Positions 27,201 through 41,319 of a stretch of DNA of 64,000 nt are shown here, in pieces (within the stretch, counting starts at the first letter, position 1; each line of letters begins with the position of its first letter). The notes under the pieces are model-generated. The model searched no databases, had not been told where the DNA came from, and saw nothing but the letters and a program-made list of their open reading frames with translations. A program made the position numbers and the translations under genes. The stretch comes from Eledone cirrhosa (taxonomy: Eukaryota). The stretch covers positions 77,128,001 to 77,192,000 of the forward strand of contig OZ024742.1 in assembly GCA_964016885.1 (NCBI GenBank). The letters are read 5' to 3'.

Positions 27201-27219
27201 AAAAGTCGATCGATAAAAA

Positions 27220-27254
<35 letters not shown>

Positions 27255-27307
27255 CATATATATATGTGTGTGTATGTATTTATGTATATATATATATATA
27301 TATATAT

Positions 27308-28301
27308 ACAATATATTGAGAAACACACAAATACATGCGGACACACACATATACATGAATATATCCACATCCATCCTTGAGTTAATGGTGCCAACCTTTA
27401 CCGATGTTGCTCTATGAATAACTGGGACAAACCAATCCGAATGGATTAGACTGAACCAGTATCAGAGCTAAAAGTACATTATGAAGAGAGAAGAAACATT
27501 TAGATATAAAAATAGTAATAAGATGTATCATACCTAAACTGCTTCTAGATTCCTCGACTACGTAGTTTTGTGGCATAATCAAAAACAATACATCATAGAT
27601 ATATAGAGCCTTTGTGAGGTCTGCCGACATATCAAGAGGATACCTCATTTTACTAGCTCCAAGAACACGTCTATAAGATGTGAGATAGAATCCCAAAAGG
27701 CGGAGGGGGAGTCAGTCACGTGATACAACGCTCAAGAAACAGAGCTAAGCCCCTTATAACCCTGAAAAAAATACCACCGAGGCGGAGGGGGTATTTATAT
27801 CGAGGCCGTAGAAGATGGATGTGGATATATTCATGTATATGTGTGTGTCGGCATGTATCTGTGTGTTTCTCAATATATTGTTTATAACTCCCCCTGGTCG
27901 AGTAATCTTTGAAGTGTAGTGACTGCTGGAAAGCTGCCATTACTCATACATCTCGCCTCCTTAACCACATCTTCTACGGCCTCGAGATAAATACCCCCTC
28001 CGCCTCCGTGGTATTTTTTTCAGGGTTATAAGGGGCTTAGCTCCGTTTCTTGACCGTTGTATCACGTGACTGACTCCCCCTCCGCCTTTTGGGATTCTAT
28101 CTCACATCTTATAGACGTGTTCCTGGAGCTAGTAAAATGAGGTATCCTCTTGATAAGTCGGCAGACCTCACAAAGGCTCTATATCTCTAAGATGTATTGT
28201 TTTTTATTATGGCACGAAACTTCCTTTGTCGAGGAATCTAGAAGCAGTTTAGGTATGATACATCTTATTACTAATTATATCTAAATGTTTCTTCTCTTTT
28301 C

Positions 28302-28305
<4 letters not shown>
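27308..28305. mobile_element. Fold-back element with interlocked inverted repeats and expanded-stem-II hammerheads
   Basis: Arms 27478-27816 / 27965-28305 and a second inverted repeat 27308-27375 / 27814-27880. (TA)n flanks both sides. Confidence 0.88.
28145..28235 (+). ncRNA. Hammerhead motif, U3-A8 core, ~55-nt stem II insert
   Basis: tcctc-TTGATAA-gtcggca...tggcac-GAAA-cttcctttg-TC-gagga. The other arm (27551-27640, -) supplies tgccac and the palindromic stem III ctacgtag. Confidence 0.65.
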
Positions 28306-28369
<64 letters not shown>

Positions 28370-28370
<1 letters not shown>

Positions 28371-30020
28371 GTGTGTATATAAACGTTTGTATATGTATAA
28401 TAAATCCAAAACAATGCAGGTATGGATATAGAATAAAGAATGCAAATGCAAAAGACATTGTTGACAATTAGTCTTTTACCTTAGATTTATTTAAATGTTC
28501 TTAATTTTCGAGATAATATCTCTTCTTCGGAGGGAAGTAAAGCGGTTAAACCAGTGTTCTAAATAGCTTACCAAGTCATGCTGACAGGAAATGGTATAGA
28601 GTATCTACTCTATCTCTAATATCAAAAAGTTAAGGTTAGGTGGATAAAGAGTAGTCTCCCTTTAAAAGTTTTTTTTTTGTACATGCCTGTTTAAGTGTGT
28701 GGGAGAATGCCTGAATGTGTAAGTATGTGTGTGTGTGAAGATATGTCTATACGTAAATATGGGGGATAGATGTTCTCTCGTGTTAGAACTGGTCTTTGTG
28801 TGTGTATGTGTGTGAGAGAGAATAAGTGGAGGTGTAAGCGTATGTGTGTGTGTATGTGTCTGTGTGTGTGCGTGCGTGTATGTGTGCGTGTGTGTGGGAG
28901 TGGGGTGTAAATATGGGGCCAGATGCTCTATCAAGTTATAAATTGGGTGTTGAGTTCTAGTCTATTATTGATTGGTGGTAGTGTTTTGTCTATAATTAGT
29001 GCTTCCTTACTTCTAAGATTGCCGAGGTTTCTTTCATAGTTTCTATCCTAACTGTTATGGCTTTGTCGGTGTTTTTGTTTTTAACTAGGTGTTTCTTAAA
29101 TGAGGAAGCGTTAGTATTGAGGTGTTCTTTTATTCTTATGTGGAAAGGTCTGGTGGTGCTACCTACGTAGAGGTGCTGCATTTGTGGCACTCTAGTCTGT
29201 ATATGACGTAAGCCTGGTGGCATAGGTCTGTGTCGTTGATGAGGCAGTTGGCTAGCCTGCAGTTGTTGTCATGTCTAGTGGAGTGTCTTTTGGTTAACTG
29301 TCCGCGTAGAGAAGGACCTGAGTGGGCCAGTTGGATATCTTGTCCTCTCGTCTGATAGCTCTGCGGATGGCTGTTGCTGTTTCGTCACTGAAGTGTGGGA
29401 GCTTCAGGAAGCAAGTGTTAGTGCCTCGGGTATGGTGTCCTCTGTTATTTCTGGCCTGGTTTGTGGTGGATGTCGTGTATCCGTTCAGTTTACGTACTTC
29501 CAGGAAATATGTGGTGTGTGTGTTTTGGTCTCTAGCATCGGTGCATTTGTTCCGGATACGTGTTAGTTCGTTCCTTATGTATCCGAACTTAGCGCCGGCT
29601 GGGAGGGCCGATCTGAAATGTACGAACAGGTCCCTGCTGGCGGCTTTTTCATAGAAGCAGGTGTGGATGTTGTCTTCCTCTGTTACCCTGAGTTGGAAGT
29701 CCAGCAGGGATATGGATCCGCGGTCATCGGGGTGTAACATGCTGAACTTTATACAGGCGTCTATGCTGGAGAATGTTGTGTATATTTCATCGGCCTCCTC
29801 ACGGGATGATGTAAGGTTGAGTATGTCATCTACATATCGGGTGAAGAAGGTATGGGAATGGCAGGTGCTGAGGGCTCGGCATTCTAGCTGGTTCATATAG
29901 GTGATGGCCAGCAGGCCCGATAGGCTGGATCCCATGGGTAATCCTGTTGTCTGTCTGTATGTGTGGTGGTGGAAGGTGAAGTACGCGTTGCCCACTGTGA
30001 AGGATAAAAGCTGGTGTATG
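28370..30020 (-). mobile_element. 5'-truncated Penelope/Poseidon-type PLE
   Basis: RT and GIY-YIG remnants followed by a CA-rich 3' UTR and a degenerate HHR-like motif at about 28498-28536. Confidence 0.85.
28937..30000 (-). pseudogene. PLE RT + GIY-YIG fragment, frameshifted
   Basis: YRQTTGLPMGSSLSGLLA, FTRYVDDI, ISLLDF, then LYVGSTTRPFHIRIKEH. Confidence 0.9.
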
Positions 30021-30033
30021 TCCGTCGGATTCC

Positions 30034-30443
30034 AGAGCCTGGAAATACTCTACGCCACAGACCACATCTTAAACAAAAAATCTAAGGCAATTTCGGCTTG
30101 TAAACATAAATTGCACAAAACATTCCTGTATTACAGCCCCACATTATACCCTAACGGATAGTACGATCTATACGCGGATATTTTACGTCTTGATGTGGTA
30201 GCTAAGTACATGTTATGTTTATACCATTACTTATTTGCATAGGTAAGTATATATTACCTGTATGTTTTGTGAAGGCAACGTTTACATGAACTAAATTATC
30301 GTCTTCCTGTCTTCCTCCGGTTGCAACGTTTTTTAAAAATTCACTTCTGCGTTCACAGATTGACTTTGTTAGTTTCAGAAGATCCCGTGAAGGGTGAAAG
30401 CAGCGATTCTTTGCTTAAACTTTAATCTGTTGTTTTAATAAAT
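30034..30443 (+). mobile_element. Internally deleted 3' fragment of the 2025-5520 PLE family
   Basis: 30034-30275 matches about 4328-4569, then jumps to the pLTR (about 5280-5447) including the CAGAAGA motif. Confidence 0.9.
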
Positions 30444-32449
30444 ATATGTATATATGCGTTTGTGTGTGGGAGTTTTAAAAGCTTTGAAGATATTTATACA
30501 CGTCAAATTCAATACAAATGCTGTTGTTAGAACTTTCATTAAATGGAAATTAAAACGCTCTGAAAGATTTATACATAACAACTAATCTTTTACAGGCAAA
30601 TTAAGAATGGAGATGCGCATGTGTATATATGTGATATACTATTTCAAATCTGAAATTCATATAAATTTTAAACTTAATGGTTAATAAGGAAATGGATTGT
30701 TCTCTCCTGTTTTCTCTCTTTCTTGCATTGCCTCTCTCTACCTCTTTCTGTTAATTTGGGAGGAAAACATTCCATAGAATTCTTATTTTGTGGAATCGAA
30801 TTTGCCAGAATGGCAATGGAAATTTGCAAATATCTAATATCAGTTTTCGACAATTTTAATTTTAATGTTCTAACGTAAGATTTCTTTATATTTCTTGTAG
30901 ATCATTTCATATATTTTCTACATTTAGCCATCACATTTTGCAAATTTCTATTACAAATATCTGTATTGATCGGAGAATTTCATGTATCCTTTTGCACCCG
31001 CATACGAATAGTTTGAATAGTACGTAGCACAGAAAATCAGGCAAATCAATATAATATTTGGGCATACCACTCTTTATATACCTTTCAATTTCGTCTATTT
31101 GATATTTATTGAACTTGAAGTATTAACATTACCTGACATTAGCTTTAAAATAGTAATATACGTAACTATTTTAGCTAAACTAGCTTGTAAACCAATTTTA
31201 CCTAAATTATACTAACTAATATTCTTGGAATACATTGTTTCTAAATTGATATTTTGTCTAAATTCATATTTTGTCTAAAAAAACAGAAGTAAATTTACCA
31301 TGCTTCCAAAAGTTAACTATATAACTTGTATTGTATCCTTTCAGAAATAATATTCATCACATAACATCGTTTTAACCCTACATGAATAGTGCATATCTCT
31401 AAGTGATAGTGTTCGCATTATTTAACTTAATACTATTCCATTTAGAAGGGCAACAGTTTAGTGAATGATATAAACTCATTCATTAACTAACGCCCCATCA
31501 TGTACAGATCAAACTCCCGCAAGGCTTATCTTTGTACTTAATCATTCGATGGCAGAGTAGAATTAATCTTCAGAATATACTGTGAAACGATTCTCATTAT
31601 ATCAACGTCCAGCACTATACGTGTGTTGCCTGCTGCTAATGAAGGAAGTCGTATTTAATTTTAGATCGTAATATATATTATCATAGAAAACTGGTGATAC
31701 TCCAATTGTATTATCGTAATTGTTAAGGTGTCATTATAGCAACGCATTCGTATAAGTATAATATACTTCGTAATCATGCTTTCAAGTTAATCACTAGAGA
31801 TTCCTTTATTAATCATTTGGGAAAATAACAAAAGAAAAGAACAATACGCCATAAACGATTAAACGACCTTCTCTTAAAGAAGATGTCATTAAGTACCATA
31901 GAATAATTTATTAAACATTTGGAAGAAAAATTATTCATGGTATTCATCAAATGAAAAAGCTTCAATTAAAGTTATTAGTTGTCATGCTGTCAAGGAATCA
32001 TTAGAAATGTTCCAACGTGCATTCCTTACCAATATCGCGCGCTACAGAAAAAAAAGAAATTGATCTAATGGAATGCATTTGCAATACGATTATTATCTAA
32101 AAATAAAATAAAATAGAAGTAGGAATTTAACATAAAACATTATTGAAAGAATGAATTACTATACTGAATCCGAATTCTAATATTCTGTAAATAATTTGCA
32201 ATTTCGTGTAGAATAAATCTGAGAAATCTGAGTGTTACAATAATAAAGAATCTGCTAGGTTGATTTTATATAGTTATTTTGTGCAAATTGACAATTTAAT
32301 GTTCAAACGCGACGTGAAATACCCATCCATTTTAAACATCCTCTTGCATGTGCATTTCTATCTTTCCATTTCTTTCCGTCTAAATTCCAATATATATATA
32401 TATATATATATATAAATCTTTGGAGATTCACATGCACACAGACACACGC

Positions 32450-32525
<76 letters not shown>

Positions 32526-32593
32526 GTGTGTGTGTATACATATATAAAGTGACGAAACATAAGTTAATTGCATGAACTCATAATCCTTTATTT

Positions 32594-32649
32594 ACTGCTA
32601 TATATATTTCGATGATAGCCATTGGATTGCTATGACCTCATCAGGCAGT
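32594..32649 (-). ncRNA. Type I hammerhead motif (sister of 17182-17235)
   Basis: actgc-CTGATGA-ggtcatagc...gctatcatc-GAAA-tatata-TA-gcagt, within repeat 32549-32720 next to a microsatellite. Confidence 0.72.
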
Positions 32650-33060
32650 TAGTCAGTTCTTAGATATGCCAGCTCTGTGTTTATCGTGTTGATGGTATCA
32701 GAGGCTTGGGACATATAACACCGGAACTTATATCTTCGTTGAGTGCACCCTATCCGCATAGTGAAGTGATGAATTTAGCAACACTTTCTTGCTTATACAT
32801 ATATATATATATATAAATAGATAGGTATATGAAGAGGGTACTAGGAACATTCTAAGCAAGATTTCTTGTAATTCGAAGAAACATAGGGTCTCTAACAATG
32901 CATTTATACAAATCAATACTATGGCAGTTTTATTACATTATCCAATATTCACTATTTTGAAGTGTGCGCTCAAATCCAAGTCTATGTTTTTTGAAATCTT
33001 TATTATTCTGTTATATGTGTACGTGCGTGCGCATGTATACATTACCAATTACAACTTACA

Positions 33061-33256
33061 TTGGCAGTATCGGTAGAGGGTCGGACGCCATGCTTTGCAG
33101 CAAAGAGTTACTTCCCTTTACGGACTGAGTTCAAATCCGGCCGAGGTTAACTCGCCGAGGTTAACTTTGCCTTTCATCCTTACGGGGTCGATAAAATAAA
33201 GTACCAGTAATACACTGGGATAATTGCTGGCCTTGTGCCAAAAAGTAGAAACAATT
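33061..33256 (+). mobile_element. tRNA-derived SINE copy
   Basis: 10512 family, with an internal duplication of gccgaggttaact. Confidence 0.85.
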
Positions 33257-33665
33257 AATCACTTTAGCTATCTACAAAATATCTGATATATTAAATAGTT
33301 GCCTCCCTTACCTTCTAGAGTAGACAAAACAGCCCCTAAGATATTACTCTACAGACAGATTCAAGTCAGATTTGCCTCCCCAGTTTCAGATATAATAATC
33401 TCCACGGTTCGGAGGAAGGATTAGTTGAGGTATAACCACACCCCATTTCATATTTTTATCGACGTGCCCGAATGAAGGGTGAGTTTAAAAGTGCCTCCTT
33501 CAATTACTGTGGTGGCCAGGACTGGACCCCAAAACAAATAGTAGCACTTATAAAATATTTTTTTACTAAATAAGCTTTCTAACAACATATTGAGTAGTGT
33601 TTCCTTGAACTTTCATCTAAGGATTGCTACCAAAACACACACACGCACGCACGCACACGCACCCA

Positions 33666-33745
<80 letters not shown>

Positions 33746-34220
33746 AGAAATTATGACCCCGACGGCAGAGCTGAAGCGTTTCGACAGCTATTTCTGGATT
33801 AATATATATTTTAGAGAGAGAGACGAGTAGATAGGGAGAGCAAGAGTGCCCGCGCGCGCGAGAGAGAGTATGAGGGTGAACAGGGATGGGCGGACCACAT
33901 TATGGTCTGTCGGTTGTGAAGCAGATAAAAAAAAGCGTTCAACGACCTTTATACGTGGTGCAGGCCGGGGCATTATATATTATCCAAAGTTCGAATGCCA
34001 AAATCCTTTGATTCAGATTTAATTAAAATTCCATTATATATATTTCACTGAGAACTATCATTTATGATAACCTGAGCTTTTCAGACGGTATAACCTATAC
34101 AAACTTGAAAACATTTGCAGTTCCTAAACAAAAATTTTAATCTGAAAAAAGCCGGCCGTCGAAGAAACGATACTACGCGCACGGCCGGCCTTTGTATCAA
34201 GAGAAGTAAATCTTTTTTCG

Positions 34221-34246
34221 AGGCAGTCATTGGATTGCTTTTCAAA

Positions 34247-34315
<69 letters not shown>

Positions 34316-34672
34316 ATATATATATTCAAGTAAGAATATTTTCGAAAAAGTGAGTGGGTTTGAAATTATAAGAAATGTAAGCTATCGTCGTATTTTGGGT
34401 AAAGAAATTAAAGAAATTATTTAGCCTGATAGTGGGGTTAAGAACCCTCGGAAAATGGAAAAAGATGAGTATTGATGTACGTCAATACTCATCTTTTTCC
34501 ATTTCTCCGAGGCTTCTTAACCCCACTATCAGGCTAAATAATGTCTTTAGTCAAAATACAGCGATAGCATACATTTATAATAATTTCAAACCCACTCGCT
34601 TTTTCGAAAATATTCTTACTTGAATATATATATATATAATTAAATTTAAAAAAACAATCCAATGACTGCCTC
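34221..34672. mobile_element. Nested palindrome: fold-back of the tRNA-associated family inside a second inverted repeat
   Basis: Hairpin 34325-34625 centred on attgatgtacgtcaat. Outer inverted repeat gaggcagtcattggattg / caatccaatgactgcctc, with (TA)n between the layers. Confidence 0.85.
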
Positions 34673-34690
34673 TCTTCTAATAATAATAAT

Positions 34691-34732
<42 letters not shown>

Positions 34733-34760
34733 CCTTTGAACTCTGTTCCCACACACTTCT

Positions 34761-34794
34761 CACCTGAGGAAGGGCTTATGCCCGAAACGTCGTT
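34761..34794 (+). ncRNA. Minimal hammerhead motif in a ~155-bp TA-flanked insert
   Basis: cac-CTGAGGA-a-gggc(ttat)gccc-GAAA-cg-TC-gtt, with AATAAA at 34830-34835. Stem I is weak. Confidence 0.7.
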
Positions 34795-34881
34795 CCCCAC
34801 CACCACCCCACTCTCCAGAGCGTGAAATTAATAAACATTCGCTGTACTGCCTCTCTGTTTTGTTCCTGTTCAAATTTCTCC

Positions 34882-34951
<70 letters not shown>

Positions 34952-35885
34952 TTTTGCCGTCTGAATACCTCATGCTATCATACCTGGGAGTCCTCAGTGG
35001 TAACGGAGAAGATTAAAATAAACCTGAAACATCTGATTATGGCATCCGATCATCTGTTAATTATATATATATATATACATATGTGTCAGCATATATATAT
35101 ATATATATATAATTTTATATATGTATATTTTTTATAGATATATGGTTTTTATAGATGTATGTATATGTAAGTGCGTACCAATGTTTGTTTTCTTTTCTCT
35201 GGTGTTAATTGGTTACTTTCTTTTTCCTTTAAAAATGTTTTTCATTCTCGTATGGTGTTTCATTTGTATACATATATCGAGAATGACACTTCTTTTTACT
35301 ATTGCACTCCCTTCCCTCTTTATCTTCCGCATATGGGTGACCTCGCGTGTGTTTGTGTTTACGCGCGTGTTTTCATACTCGTATGTGTATTTAATACCTG
35401 TATCTGGATGCGTGTCAACTATATTATCATTTTCTTTTTCAACTTATATTATATCCGTATTTGTGGTCACATATACACGGATATACTTGCCCTCATATAT
35501 GTACTTACGCACACATTTTCACCATACACATGCATTTGTACATGCACACATATGTGCGTTTGTGGGTGTGTGTACATGCATATACACATACCTAACTATA
35601 TTTCCTTATATTTTTTATATATTTTTTATATATCGCTTGCATTACTTTCGTTTATATATTTTTTGCATTTCTTGAGGAGACTTTCCAAATATTTCACTAT
35701 GTTTTATATTACCTTGTCCGACGAAAGAATGAGGACGTTTTTTTCGTATTCGTCTTATCCGGGAAACCTCTGGTAATGAGGTATTTATATTTTATTGTTT
35801 ATTATACATTACATTTTGCTCTGGTACTTACATAGAGCACTCTTCACTCCTATGACTTTTTCAATTTTCAACGGAAACTTCAATA

Positions 35886-35936
<51 letters not shown>

Positions 35937-35940
<4 letters not shown>

Positions 35941-36733
35941 AAATAACAAATTAAAGTTTAAGCAAAGAATTGCTGTTTTCACCCTTAACGGAATCTTCTG
36001 AAACTAAAAAATCAATCTGTTAACGCAGAATTAATTATTTAAAAAAACGTTGCAACCGATGGAAGACAGGAAGACGAAACTTCGCTTTGTGGAAACGTTC
36101 CGTGGCAAAGAACGGAAAAAACGAAGATAATACCTCAATATTTGCATCGGTGAAAACATTTACACGCAAATACAAAACCACGTTTATGGTATAAATGAAG
36201 TCGTAGACTAATATTTTATTAGGTGGTTCATAGAGACTTTCTCAGGCAATGGACGAAAAAAACGGAGATAATATGCCATTATGAACGATTACACGCTAAG
36301 ATAAAACCACGTTTATGGTATAACTGAACTCGTAGACTAAAATTCTATTTAGAGAACCGAATGATTCTCGGCTTCAGAGTAAATATGCGCGCATCCATAT
36401 ACGTCTTTGCGTGTAATTGTTTTCACCGCTCCAAATAATGACGTATTATCTTCGTTTTTTGTTCGTTCTTTGCCAGGGAACGTTTCCACAAACCAAAGTA
36501 TCGTTTTCCTGTCTTCCTCTGGTTGCAACGTTTTTTGAAATATTTAATTCTGCGTTCACAGATTGATTATTTTAGTTTCAGAAGATCCCGCTAAGGGTGA
36601 AAGCACCGATTCTTTGCTTAAACTTTAATCTGCTATTTAATAAATATTTGCTCTACGGTTCTTATATATTTGATATATATTTATCCTTATCGAGTCCTCT
36701 TTGGAATTTAGTCTTAATATTTATTATTATTAC
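35937..36733. mobile_element. ORF-less fold-back made of two inverted pLTRs of the 2025-5520 PLE family
   Basis: 35937-36380(-) and 36404-36733(+) both match about 4995-5520. (TA)n flanks both sides. Confidence 0.88.
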
Positions 36734-38123
36734 TATATATATATATATATGCATGTATATATATATAAATGTGTGTGTGAGTGTATGAATATAAGAATAT
36801 ATGTATATACATATATATATAATTAGGTATATATATACAAAGAGAGAAAGAGAACGCAGTAGGTATAATTTTGACTTTTATACTTGTGTATTCTTGCAAG
36901 CCTTTTCATGGTTATGGGAATTTGTGTATGGTGTGTTCATATAGATTACTAGCTGATATGACAGTGGTGTGGTCAAATCTATCATTATAGTAAGCTGTGC
37001 TGAGAGAGAGCATGGAAGTGGAAGGTTCTGGTTCAGGTAAGGGGAAGTTAATCTAAATATGGGTATGGGAGGTAATAATGTTGATAGGTCTAGAGGAAAC
37101 ATACCTATATAATATGCCAAGTAATTCTAAGATACAATTCGTAGGCATTCTGGCTAGTTCCCACAATTTTGTATCTAAGCATTTATTTCCATGACACACT
37201 AGATTCCAAACACAGAGCTAAAGCTATGAAATAAAATAAAGCTATGAAATAAAATAAACCTATGTAATACAATAATTGCCGGACGTATATATGTGATATT
37301 TATATGTGATGTATATATGTGATATTTCTAAATGTTCATTATACTTCTCATACATTTCAACATGAAATAATTATATACTCATTGACTTGGAAATATCAGG
37401 CGTATTAGCATATGGCAATGTCTTCCTAAGTGACACCTTTTAGCGATAGCATTTCAATTGATACATAAATTCAATGTGAAGTACTTTAAGGAACTGCCTT
37501 GAAGCAACTGTTGTTTGTAAGGAGGTTCTCAAGCTTACTCTGAATGGGAGTCTTAATGATATCAATTATCTGCTACAAATTACAGTCAGGTCCAGTAATA
37601 TTTCACGCTTTAAAAAAGTAAGAGATTTTCTGAAACTGCAAACTGATATATATATTAGTTTTTAACTCAATTTATACTTTTGATAAATCCGGCTCCTTGA
37701 ATTTTGTAGAGCTTATTAATGTCGAGTCAAATTGGTTGTTATCTTTAGTAGCATACGTTTTACGAGGCACGCTAGGCATTGGATGCCATGTGCATTATTC
37801 TAAACACGCGCTGCATTCAGTGTTCTAAGAAATTTAGAAATAAAAGGTCTACTAATTCCTACATACACTGAAGGGCAATGGAATTGGTAATTCCTTTCAC
37901 TTGATGCGAAAGAGTTTTAGCAACGAATGTCTGGAAGTTTTATAGTTATCGCATTTCGGTTTGTACTTTTTCCTAATTTTATTCTTTTAATTGAGTCTGG
38001 CAAACCATATTGTTCATAGTTACTATCCTATTCACCCTAGCGAATCTGGTCCCTTATGATTTGAAGACATATATATATATATCTGTGTTTATCTCTCTTT
38101 ATTATATTAAAGTGTATGTGTGT

Positions 38124-38213
<90 letters not shown>

Positions 38214-38312
38214 TTAAAAGCTTTCACCGTATTTTAGACTAAAGAAATTTCTAGCCTGATAGTGGGTTTTATAACCCTCGGAGAAATGGAAAAAGATGAG
38301 TGTTGCCGTACT

Positions 38313-38455
<143 letters not shown>

Positions 38456-38480
38456 TTATATATATATATATATTTATATA

Positions 38481-38558
<78 letters not shown>

Positions 38559-39399
38559 TATTTATATATATATATATATAAAATTTCAGGTTATCAATAA
38601 TGTAGTGATAATATATCGTTACGTTAGAGATGAACAGCGTACGTGCAGGTTTGCTCAACGAGTATAAATTATATTCCGGAGAAAATGTAGAAAGGATGAA
38701 TATAAAATGAAAGTACTTTTTTTAAAAAGGAATTTATTAGGTATTGACATATGTTTCTGTAACAGACGGAATGTATCGCTGCTTGCGTAATCATATAATG
38801 TTAGCAAGTATTCGATAGCAAATGTATAATCAGTTGTCACTTCTTCAGAGATTTTGGATAAATTGGATAAAATCAGAAAAATTGAAGTATTTATATTAGT
38901 AATAGAGGAAGAAAAAGAGGGGATAGTATATGACAGATGGTAAATCAATTTACTGCTAAACAAGTATATAATGGGTTTCTAATGAGAATACCATGAGTAA
39001 ATGGTTCATTTTATCTAAATAAGAATTTTTGGGAGTGCCAATTTTAATCTCTACTTGACCAATTGGACAGTGGACAGGGCTGGTCATTTGGTGTAGTAGT
39101 ATTAATTATAAAGTGTCAATTGGGGAAGGGGGAGATTTCGATTGCTACTGAATAACATCAATGCTAGTAGCCAGCTGGTATATGCATTAGGGAATTGAAT
39201 TAAGAAATCAGAAATCTCATTTTATCTATAGCAGTTTATATTAAAAGGTAAATAATAGAAGAGTTGAAAGAATGTTAATATCTATTTTGACAATCAACCG
39301 GAGATAGAGACAGGCGTTCAATCCTGGTAGTATTTATAATATGAAAATGTAGATTTTAAGCGATGGTTACAGTATAACGATCGCTCTATTCTGTTATTT

Positions 39400-39970
39400 A
39401 ATAAAATGTTTTTGGATTTCATAATACAAAATAATTCTACATTATATAATTTACAAAATTCCTGTCCATGGGAATATGGGGGGCGGGGGAGCCGCTATTA
39501 TATCCCATTTTAGGTGAAATTGTTGGTTATTTTCACGCAGCCGCCAAGCCTTGTCTGCGAGTGTTGTTACATAACGCTGGTTTTCATGTTTTATCGAGTA
39601 ACGATGTCTATAAAGGCGTGATTTGAAGGAGGTGGCTGTAGATCCCACATAGTACCACTTCTGTCTATTCGATTCGATAGTACATTTGTATACGATGTTG
39701 CGTTAAAGACACTGATTGTTCAAGGGACACATTCCTGGTTGGACACAGTTGCAATTATAATTTTGCGTTGTTGTATTGTCATGGATGGGTTTATGAGGTT
39801 GCTTATGTAGGAGAGGATGTTGTTTGTTGTTTTGTGATGTTATAGCTAATGTTTTACGTGTATTGTTATGTGTTGGAAGGCGTTTATACAACCGTTTTGC
39901 GTTAAGCTTTTTTATATGTTGTTCAATATTAGGGGCGGTTGAATATGAAAGTCGAATAGTGTTAGGGTTT
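39400..39970 (-). pseudogene. PLE linker + GIY-YIG endonuclease fragment (same clade as 2663-4440)
   Basis: NTIRLSYSTAPN, NCNCVQPGMCPLNNQCL*RNIVYKC...WYYVGSTATSFKSRLYRH, LKWDII. Confidence 0.88.
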
Positions 39971-40184
39971 AAGATTGGTCAAGTAGAGATTAAAATTGGC
40001 ACTCCCAAAAATTCTTATTTAGATAAAATGAACCATTTACTCATGTTATTTTCATTAGAAACCCATTATATACTTGTTTAGCAGTAAATTGATTTACCAT
40101 CTGTCATATACTATCCCCTCTTTTTCTTCCTCTATTACTAATATAAATACTTCAATTTTTCTGATTTTATCCAATTTATCCAAA

Positions 40185-40301
40185 ATCTCTGAAGAAGTGA
40201 CAACTGATTATACATTTGCTATCGAATACTTGCTAACATTATATGATTACGCAAGCAGCGATACATAGGTATTCCGTCTGTTACAGAAACATATGTCAAT
40301 A
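40185..40301 (+). ncRNA. Hammerhead-like motif with ~75-nt stem II insert
   Basis: CTGAAGA-a-gtgaca...tgttac-a-GAAA-catatg-TC followed by AATAAA. Mirror copy at 38742-38852(-). Stem I pairing is poor. Confidence 0.5.
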
Positions 40302-40354
40302 CCTAATAAATTCCTTTTTAAAAAAAGCACTTTCATTTTATATTCATCCTTTCG

Positions 40355-40817
<463 letters not shown>

Positions 40818-40861
40818 CACACACACAGACCGACACACTCACACACACACAGACCGACACA

Positions 40862-40950
<89 letters not shown>

Positions 40951-40968
40951 ATGTGTGTGTGTGTGTGT

Positions 40969-41160
40969 TAGGATTGGTGCTCTCAAATAGCGATGTATAC
41001 ATGACTGTGTATATAGTATATTTGGCAATATACCGTATGTTTAATTAAAAACATTTTGAAGAAGACCTTGCGCTATCATTTAAAATTTATCACTATGTCA
41101 CTTACTTATCTTTTCGGCAAAAAAACATACGGTATATTGCCAAATATACTATACATACAT
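40969..41160. repeat. Diverged relative of the 316-bp tandem unit with a short fold-back
   Basis: attggtgctctcaaatagc...ttaattaaaaacattttgaaga aligns with 13550-13640. Inverted repeat 41010-41042 / 41124-41157. Confidence 0.6.
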
Positions 41161-41168
41161 TCATATAT

Positions 41169-41310
<142 letters not shown>

Positions 41311-41319
41311 TAAAATTTC

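Larger units (their letters stand above)
38690..40353 (-). mobile_element. 5'-truncated PLE with ~375-bp inverted pLTRs
   Basis: Arms 38690-39063 and 39973-40353 are near-identical reverse complements enclosing a GIY-YIG fragment. Long (TA)n tracts lie on both sides. Confidence 0.9.

Noticed and set aside
34147-34193. GC-rich hairpin gccggccgt/acggccggc as a terminator, Helitron end or deleted HHR
   Set aside because: The hairpin is real, but it has no diagnostic context or second copy to assign a function.
35121-35776. 184-201 aa hydrophobic ORFs
   Set aside because: TG/TA-rich low-complexity sequence resembling the PLE 3' UTR at 4500-4990, open in two frames with no domain.
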